From Octopus vulgaris (Eukaryota): a stretch of DNA of 64,000 nucleotides. Of this stretch, positions 55,677 to 64,000 are shown one piece after another. The translations under genes and the position numbers were made by a program. The first letter of the stretch is position 1, and each line of letters starts with the position of its first letter. The stretch lies in contig OX597816.1 in assembly GCA_951406725.2 (NCBI GenBank), forward strand, positions 41,602,001-41,666,000, read 5' to 3'. Below the pieces are notes generated by a model. That model did not search any database and had not been told where the DNA came from. It was given only the letters and a program-made list of their open reading frames with translations.

Positions 55677-55912
55677 TTTATTTAAAGCAGCAGAAAATTC
55701 AACAAAACCTGTTACTCTGAGTTTCCCGTTGCCGTTCATCGGCCAGATTTTGCTAGAATTCTAGCAAAAACTGTCCGATGAACGGCAACGGCAAACTCAG
55801 AGTAACAGGTTTTGTTGAATTTTCTGCTGCTTTAAATAAAGCATATTACTCTACCACTGGTATTTGAGTACTCTTTTTTCTATCTTGTTTCACATTTATG
55901 TGTTTACTCCAG
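55676..55912. mobile_element. Palindromic insert in (TA)n: 83-bp arms with no spacer, hammerhead-like motif in each arm
   Basis: Centre GAA|TTC at 55758/55759; arms 55676-55758 and 55759-55841. Motif CTGT-CCGATGA-A-CG gcaa CG-G-(G/C)AAA-CTCAGAG-TA-ACAG at 55771-55808(+) and 55709-55746(-). Confidence 0.85.
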
Positions 55913-56249
55913 TATATATATATATATATATATATATATACTAGCATTAAAGAACCGTCGTTGCCGGGCCATAGTGCTAGTGCATGTATATATGTGCATA
56001 TATATGTGTACATATTACATGTACATCTATATATATATAATGATAAATATCAGAGTTAGTTATATACAGTAGCGGTAACACATCGTGACGTATTTTTGCC
56101 ATTTCAATATGGCTAACCCCTAAGGGTGGATGCTACTGTAGTTTTTAGCCCCAGGAGAACACACTCCTCCAGCTGGCCATAGACACACTTTCTGTGTCCT
56201 GTCAGTATCTGCAAAGGGAAGTCATCCTTCCCGTCTTCAACTTATGATA

Positions 56250-56294
56250 CACACGGACTCGAGTTTCGAGGTATTGACCTCTCGTCAGCGAGTG
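56250..56294 (-). ncRNA. Type I hammerhead ribozyme, inverted copy
   Basis: CACTCG-CTGACGA-GAGGT caat ACCTC-GAAA-CTCGAG-TC-CGTGTG; one stem I mismatch. Confidence 0.85.
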
Positions 56295-56669
56295 ACAATC
56301 ATAGTTGTCGCCGAGAATTAGATTTCCTTCACAAATACTTATACACACTCGAGTCCGTGTGTATCATAAGTTGAAGACGGGAAGGATGACTTCCCTTTGC
56401 AGATACTGACAGGACACATAAAGTGTGTCTATGGCCAGCTGGAGGAGTGTGTTCTCCTGGGGCTAAAAACTACAGTAGCATCCACCCTTAGGGGTTAGCC
56501 ATATTGAAATGGCAAAAATACGTCACGATGTGTTACCGCTACTGTATATAACTAACTCTGATATTTATCATTGTTTGATTTCACTTTTTCAATATCAGCG
56601 ACAGTGGACGCTGGAAAAAGTATAAGTATTTGTGAAGGAAATCTAATTCTCGGCGACAACTATGATTGT

Positions 56670-56714
56670 CACACGCTGACGAGAGGTCAATACCTCGAAA
56701 CTCGAGTCCGTGTG
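56670..56714 (+). ncRNA. Type I hammerhead ribozyme, canonical
   Basis: CACACG-CTGACGA-GAGGT caat ACCTC-GAAA-CTCGAG-TC-CGTGTG: 6-bp stem I, 5-bp stem II, palindromic stem III ACTCGAGT, GUC site with predicted cleavage after 56708. Confidence 0.92.
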
Positions 56715-58205
56715 TATCATAAGTTGAAGACGGGAAGGATGACTTCCCTTTGCAGATACTGACAGGACACAGAAAGTGTATCTATGGCCAGCTGGAGGAG
56801 TGTGTTCTCCTGGGGCTAAAAACTACAGTAGCATCCACCCTTAGGGGTTAGCCACATTGAAATGGCAAAAATACGTCACGATATATATATATACATCTAC
56901 ACATAAAATACAAAATACAAAGTTATATCTTGATATTGCTAGTGATAACAATACTCAAAATATATAACAGACTGGAATTGTTAGCACGTCTCTTGAAATT
57001 TCGATCCATTGTATCTTGTCCTCCCTCTTGTATAGAGGTGTGGCTACAATCCAGCCTACCTCTACTTCTGGGTGGGGGGCATTTTAAATTTTTTTCCGGG
57101 ACGTCCTACGTCCCAGATATAAAGGTAAAATTAAAATATTTCCACTTTGCAAGTTCGAGTCGAGTACTTCCTTGCACGCTCCGTTGACTCGATCCTTGCT
57201 TCTATTGTGGCGAATTTACTGCCTCTGCTTTGATATCTTTCATAGTCGCACCAAGACACTTTTCGATGGTGCTTTCCTCCAGGTGTTCAAATTTTTTTTT
57301 TCTCTACGTCGTATACTTTTTAGACAATAGTTTTTTTCTTTATTTAAATTTTTATTTCGTTTGGTGGTGTTATCCTAGATTCACCGTCTTTGTCGGTGAT
57401 CAATCCGTATTTCTTCCATTTTAATTTCAATGACTTCGCGCCCGCCGACGGCTGCAGCGAAATTCATTTTTGGAATTTCTTCTATCGAAGGTATACTAAT
57501 AAAAATGCTTCCGTGTAAACGGTGAAAATATTGCCAATTTCCCCAAACAGGGACACAATTCAATTTTTAAACAATAACCAAAGCTCCTTCTCCCAAAGGG
57601 GGAGGCTACAGGGGGAGGGCTACAATTATTTAACAAATGAAACCCAACAACATTTCCCTTACGTGGAACCAACAAACGTGATAACAATAGTTAAACAGTA
57701 ATAATAATAACAAACCTTACAGTGAACCAAAAAACAGTACGCAATTGAAGCTATAGTCCTTTATGTATAATAGTCCATCTGGACTATTCCATTTCTGCAC
57801 CCTAATTTTATTTTTAATTTATTCCCATTCATGTGAAACCACTTATTGAAGTTCAAATCATTGATGCAATTTTATACCAATTGCTATTTTTACTTTTGTT
57901 ATGTTACGATTATATCATACATTAGTTTGATTTTAATTATTACTTACTACATATAATTCAATTTTTATTATTATTGTTAAAGTGAAAGCATCTGACATAA
58001 AATAGAGAAATATTTTTGTTTCACTTTTAACACGTAATACTGAAACAAAAACTTGAATCGGTAGATAGCCAAAGGATTGCCTTACCCATCGATTGTCCTT
58101 AGCTTGCAGAAACTTTGAAATAACTGTCAACAAAATTACTGTATGACGTTAATAAATATATATAAATGTGCGTTTATATAAATATATATGGAAACACAGG
58201 GGCCA

Positions 58206-58259
<54 letters not shown>

Positions 58260-58285
58260 TATGTATGTATGTATGTACATATATA

Positions 58286-59628
58286 CAGTAGGTATCAAAT
58301 TATTAGGCACCTCTCTTTTTATCCAAATAAGAGTATTTATTTGTTCGAATCCAAATATCTTTTCACTGAATGATTTCAACACTTGTCTCAGCAAAGTGTA
58401 GGATGATAATTTGGATCCGCGCAGATATAAGTAAATCGTGGCCATTTTCCTGGAAAAGCAACAATTTTACCCTCCTAAATTATTAGGCAAGTACCCACTA
58501 AAAAGCGTGATTTAACATCAAATGAGCAGTCCACAATCGCTTCGGTATTTGGAAAAGCAAAAACGATACTGGAAATATCAAAGATCCTGGGAAGAGATCA
58601 TCGACCTGCGGAGAAGTTTGTGGGGTCTTCTGCTTTCCGTTCGAGGGCTGACAAGGGTAAATCGAGAGTTGTTTCCTGGCATACCCTATCACGTATTACG
58701 ACAGAAGTTGCGAAGAACACGTGTTTGACTAGTCGAGACGTGTTTAAGTGTCGCCTTGTGAAACTGGTAGCCAGGAATGTAAAGCCTGTTATAAGGCTCC
58801 TTCTGAAGGATGTTCATAAACAAAATAGAATCAAATGGGTAGAAGACTACATGCAGATACATTTTTTCAAAAGTTCTCTTTACTGACGAATGCCGTGTTA
58901 ACCTAGACGTATTAGATGGGTGGAGCGTAAGATAGGTCGCAATTAGCGTAGACGTCCTCATCATTTGAGACGCCGACAGAGGGGAGACGGAATCGCGATT
59001 TGCGCTGGCATCATTGGAGACAAATTTGATGGTTCTTAGAAAGTTTCAGATGGACTTAAGATGACATCTAATATCTATGTTGCCTTTTGGGGGGACAATT
59101 TTAAGCCATGTTTGCTGAAGCAGAAATGTTCATCAAAGAGAACGCTGGTATTCATGCAAGGTAATGCGTCCTCACAAGCAGCTAAGAAATCTCTGGAATA
59201 TCTATAGCAATTAGGCTTCTCTGGATACTGTTCGAGGAAGTGGCCAGCGTGTTCACTCGAAAACCTCGATTGAAAATCTATGGAGTCTTTTGAAGAGTAA
59301 TATATATCAAGATGGACGGCAGTTTTCAACGACAAATGCGTTCTAGGAAGCTACCGTGGATGCTGCTGAGAGAATTACACCAGATGAAATAGTTACCTTG
59401 AGAAATTCAATGGAGAAACGCCGCAGTGGTGTTTTCTCATGTAGAAGATCATACATCCATCATTAAGAAGTTTATGATATCATATTTCCATTCAAACATA
59501 TCATTATGTTCATTATATTGTCCGTTACGATTCCATTCGTTTTTAAACATTAAATGTAGCATTAAATAAATTTTTCTCATTACATAATTAGCGATTATAT
59601 TAGACTCACCTAATAATTTAGGACGGTG
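58286..59628 (+). mobile_element. Decayed Tc1-like transposon, DD37E (TRT-like)
   Basis: ta-cagt start with aaattattaggca repeated at ~58297 and ~58477 and inverted at ~59607. Peptides ILEISKILGRDHR, RSRADKG, LFTDECRVNLDVLDGWS, FMQGNASSQAAK..KWPACS..IENLWSLLK; stops and frameshifts. Confidence 0.88.
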
Positions 59629-59830
59629 AAAATAAGGCCTATTAATATATAAATGGTCGTTGATTCTTTACGTATAGGTGGACCACAATTATAATGGTAC
59701 CATACATGCAGAGAGATGTTATCACCATGTTGTGGAAAGTTGTTTTGATTTGAACGATAAAACACTCTGTTACTGGCCAAAAAGTGAGCTGCCTAAAAAT
59801 TTGACACGCAGTGTACATACGCATAAACAT

Positions 59831-59893
<63 letters not shown>

Positions 59894-59908
59894 TATTCAT
59901 CTCTCTCT

Positions 59909-59965
<57 letters not shown>

Positions 59966-59972
<7 letters not shown>

Positions 59973-60098
59973 CACATACGTTTGCTGAATTTTCTTGAGA
60001 ACAATCTTTTGTTAGTTCTCAGACCATATGAATTCTACTTCTAGCATATGGGATGTCCACTTAGTGGTCATCCCACTTATATGTATATAAATATATGC

Positions 60099-60129
<31 letters not shown>

Positions 60130-60383
60130 TATTCATCTCTCTCTCTCTTTTTATATATATATCTATATGCATATATATATACATATAAGTGGGATGACCA
60201 CTAAGTGGACATCCCATATGCTAGAAGTAGGATCCATATGGTCTGAGAACTAACAAAAGATTGTTCTCAAGAAAATTCAGCAAACGTATGTGTAATATAA
60301 TTTTTCTGAATCTTCAAATTTTTTCAATATGCTAGGCCACTGGTTTAAATTGATATTAATCAAATTAACATTCAATATTTTAC

Positions 60384-60442
<59 letters not shown>

Positions 60443-60640
60443 GAGGGTAGAGATTGATATTAATCAACAGCAATTTAAACCAGTGGCTTAGCATCCGAAT
60501 ATTAAAAATAATATTACATACAAAATATAAAAGGAATGACCACTAAAGTGGATTCCTAATATGCTAGAAGTGGACATCAAATCGCATTAGCACGAAGTGT
60601 GTGTCTCAAGAAAATTTCAGCAAACACCAGAATGTTAAAA
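59966..60640. repeat. Complex of inverted and rearranged copies of one microsatellite-associated element
   Basis: ~59966-60089 and ~60176-60299 are near-perfect reverse complements; 60330-60388 mirrors 60443-60493 across (TA)n; diverged third copy at 60530-60625. Confidence 0.85.
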
Positions 60641-60955
60641 TGAGTAAGACAAATCAAAATATACAAAATAAAAAGATTACCTACGTACCATGGTTTCGTG
60701 TGTTAATATCTACGAATGTAAATATCTGCAGACTCCCCTGTGCATTTCGTCATTTACAAAACATAATTTTCAATACTAGACATCGAAGGTTCACTCGAAA
60801 GACATCATGTATGATGTTTTGCAAATAAAACTTGGGGGTATCTTACAAAGGCCGGAAGTAACATTGCAGTTAATAAATTTCTGCAGCTAATTTACCGGTT
60901 AGAGGACAATTGTTATTTCGAACTTCAACAATGAAGCTAGAAATTGATATTTATT

Positions 60956-60987
<32 letters not shown>

Positions 60988-61115
60988 GTAAGCAATTAAG
61001 GGTTTAGCAACGAATTGCCTTACCACACACCGAATTTAGAAATAGCAGTCAAAGAGATTATAGCTATTTCTTCTACTAAAAGGGAGATCACAGTAAAGGC
61101 ACAGCATATATATAT
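60988..61115 (-). mobile_element. Short terminus related to the 562-bp unit end, inserted in (TA)n
   Basis: (TA)n-gtaag..tagca..ttagaaatagcagtcaaaga aligns with (TA)n-gtaaag..tagca..ttagaaatggcagtcaaaga at 49648. Confidence 0.6.
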
Positions 61116-62869
61116 ATATGTATGTGTGTGTGTGTGTGTGTGCGTCTGTGTCTGTGTGTATGCATATAATAGAGAAAGAAAGGGGAGAGACAAGGAGAAA
61201 GAGATAGATAGATAGACATACAGACATAGGTAGAAATGTACAGCCATATGTTTGTGTATGCCTATTTCGGCAGAAAGATTTGCAACTAAAGAAAAATACT
61301 AACAGAATTTAGAGTAAAACTTGTAACAGTCATGTAATGAAAAGAAGGAAAATTCAAAACTTCATAAATAGTAACGAGAAACTTCGAGAATGATAAAGCG
61401 TATTCCTGCAAATCCGTAAAAAAAAACACATCTTCGTTTGCTTTATTCACAACTAACAGATAAATTTAGGGAAAAAAGAAAATTAAATAAGTTCTCTATG
61501 TGAGGGCAGGATTATGAAAACGCTTTCAGTAATAACACTGAAAGTTTCGAAAGATCCAAACAATTCTTCAGCAGAAATAAGAATCATTAACTAATAATGA
61601 AGTTATATGCACACCACTTAATCACATGAAACCTAAAGGTATATCAGCAATAAAACAATAGTCTCCCTGATGGAGAACATAGAATTTCGACATTTATAAT
61701 TCGGTCACACTGCATAATAGTAATGTTTATTTTAAATGCACTGTAATTCATTACCATCATATGGAAGGTTATCATAACTCTATCTATATTATATTTCAAG
61801 TAATCATCTGGCCTAATTTATTGTGGAGCAGCGAAAAGTATAATGGGATCTGACAGGCGGATTTTAAAATATACTTCAACTCATGTATTGAGTATTTACT
61901 TCACTTTTGCTGAGAAACTAGACGTCTCTCTCTCCCCGCTCTCTTTTTCTCTATATATATACATAGTCAAATGGCTATATCTATGTCCACCTTACTATCT
62001 ATACGTATGCATGTATGTCTATATGGAAATAGGTGTCTATGTATGAGAAAATGTTTTAATCTCTCTGATGTAGGAATGATATATATAAACTTAAAGTATA
62101 GGTACAAAGTATTAAACCATCATTTTATATAGAAGGAGCAACTTTAACTGTAAGTATTAGACACAGATTAGGGTTTAAAGATATTGAATATTACAGACAG
62201 TAGACAAATGGACAATAATAGCACATCAAAATTTGTTTATCGATTTCGTTTGGACGTATCTCAGTGAAGCATAACAACTAATTCTAGTTAAGGCGATCAA
62301 TGAGACTGTCCTATCAGAAGTAGATGCTTGGGAATCATTGAGAATGCAGCAGCTGCTCCACAATAAATTAGGCCAGATGATTACTTGAAATATAATATAG
62401 ATAGAGTCTTGAGTGAGACGTCAGTTTCATTTTCGTTGAATATTGGAAGTAACTTTCCTAAAGATTTGGTTTTAATGCGAAAAGTACTTTTACACTAAGT
62501 TATTATCTTGTTTTAAGTTATTGGTTTTGCCACTCAGTTGGTTCATTGTATTATTATTAATGTCTATAAATTCGTTACAGTTGGTCGTAGTTGTCATGAA
62601 ACAATTGATTTTGTTTTACGAATGTGTAGAATATGCAAATGATTGTTATTTCTTCTCACTCTTTGTCTGTCTTTTGTTTATCCCCAGGTAAGCTCCTATC
62701 TAGTATTTCTATTATGAAGTTCATCCAGCTGTGAACATCCCATCCTTTAAATAGACAGTTTGTGTGTGTGCATCGTGTAAAAACTTATCATTCACACCCG
62801 TATTCATACAAGCCACACACACACATACGTACGTATTCCTGCACTACACAGACTCACAATCACACGAAT

Positions 62870-62941
<72 letters not shown>

Positions 62942-64000
62942 ACACACACATCTCACACGCACGTACTTATAAGAGACATTTCTAAACTGGCGCTTTCCCT
63001 TCTTCGAATATAGTAGAATGTATGAAATTTACAGAGGAATAACTTTTATATTACGAGGCCAAATGAACGACAGGCTTCATTCCCAGTCACGTTGTTTCGC
63101 CTTGTAGCAAATATCGTTCTCTTTACTATAATTATAATTTTAGTACGGAATTTGTATCAGATTAAATTATCTTAAATATATTATAATTTATGTCACATTG
63201 ATATTTTATGTAACATGTCATTTGTTAAGGTAAGACGTAAACGAATATGGGTGGGTTTAAATAAAAAGAACATACAGGAAATGATTAGTATTGAGATGAT
63301 TTTTTGTTGTAGTGTAAGATTATGCCCATAAACGGTTTTTTTCCCCGGGATTAAATGGTAGACTGTGTATATAATACGTGTATGAATACAGACGCCGTCT
63401 TTCAAGTGATAGAAGAAACACGAATGCACTGAATTCCATCAACCACTGATTGAAAACTAGTAAAAATAATTGTCTAGTATATTATATGCGAATGAAATAT
63501 ATAAGAACTTAATTTTAAAAAAAATGCATGGGCAAGCCATAATATTTCGGCCGATTTCTAGATTCGATTGAAAAAGGTCCTAACCTCCATTAACGCATTG
63601 TACTCAACGTTATCATTAACTACACACAGTCTGTCTATCAGTTCTTATATACGTGAAACAACTAAGAAATTTTAAGTATCACAATATCTATGCACGCATG
63701 CCTCGTGTTCTTTCTTGTTTCTTTACTGATAGTATTTCGTGTAGAAAACATTGATGTTTTTGCTTTTATTCTCTGTTCAATTTCCTTTGACGTTGTTGTG
63801 TGTCTTGATTTGTTTTTTAGGTTTAGTTAATCAGCATTCATAAGATTCAGACTTTCAGTAGCCTATTTACTATCATTTATTTGTAATCGACTATAGGAAA
63901 ACCAATGCATAATATGCCATTTCCAAATTTGGGATAAGGTGAACAGTAAGAAACTGCACAGCACAAATTTAAATTAGTATAATTCTCAGGAGAATTATTG

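Larger units (their letters stand above)
56039..56881 (+). mobile_element. Retrozyme-like insert: 1.5 tandem copies of a 353-bp unit plus an inverted 5' copy
   Basis: actcgagtccgtgtgtatc at 56347 and 56700 (period 353); 56039-56343 is an inverted copy; near-identical copies; (TA)n on both sides. Confidence 0.9.
55940..57775 (+). mobile_element. Possible non-autonomous Helitron/Helentron host element interrupted by the 353-bp retrozyme-like insert
   Basis: Start actagc..ccgtcgttgccggg and end ctttatgtataatag resemble rolling-circle non-autonomous termini; weak. Confidence 0.3.

Overview
AT-rich, microsatellite-saturated animal DNA, intronic or intergenic. The SINE families and (TA)n/(CA)n/(CATA)n density suggest a coleoid cephalopod such as Octopus (inference). 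No intact host protein-coding gene can be supported, and nearly all listed ORFs are microsatellite artefacts. Recognisable content is decayed mobile DNA: a Helitron Rep fragment, an RTE LINE RT fragment, two mariners, a DD37E Tc1-like element, a hAT MITE, an R4/Dong 3' end, two Neptune-type Penelope GIY-YIG fragments, many tRNA-derived SINEs and a 28S rRNA fragment. The main hidden signal is a set of short, sequence-unrelated non-coding inserts at microsatellites that carry type I hammerhead ribozyme (HHR) motifs, about a dozen motifs in about 8 families. They occur as tandem monomers (353 nt and 562 nt, retrozyme-like) or as fold-back/palindromic pairs, consistent with Penelope pseudo-LTRs or non-autonomous retrozymes. 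All folds and coordinates were derived by eye.
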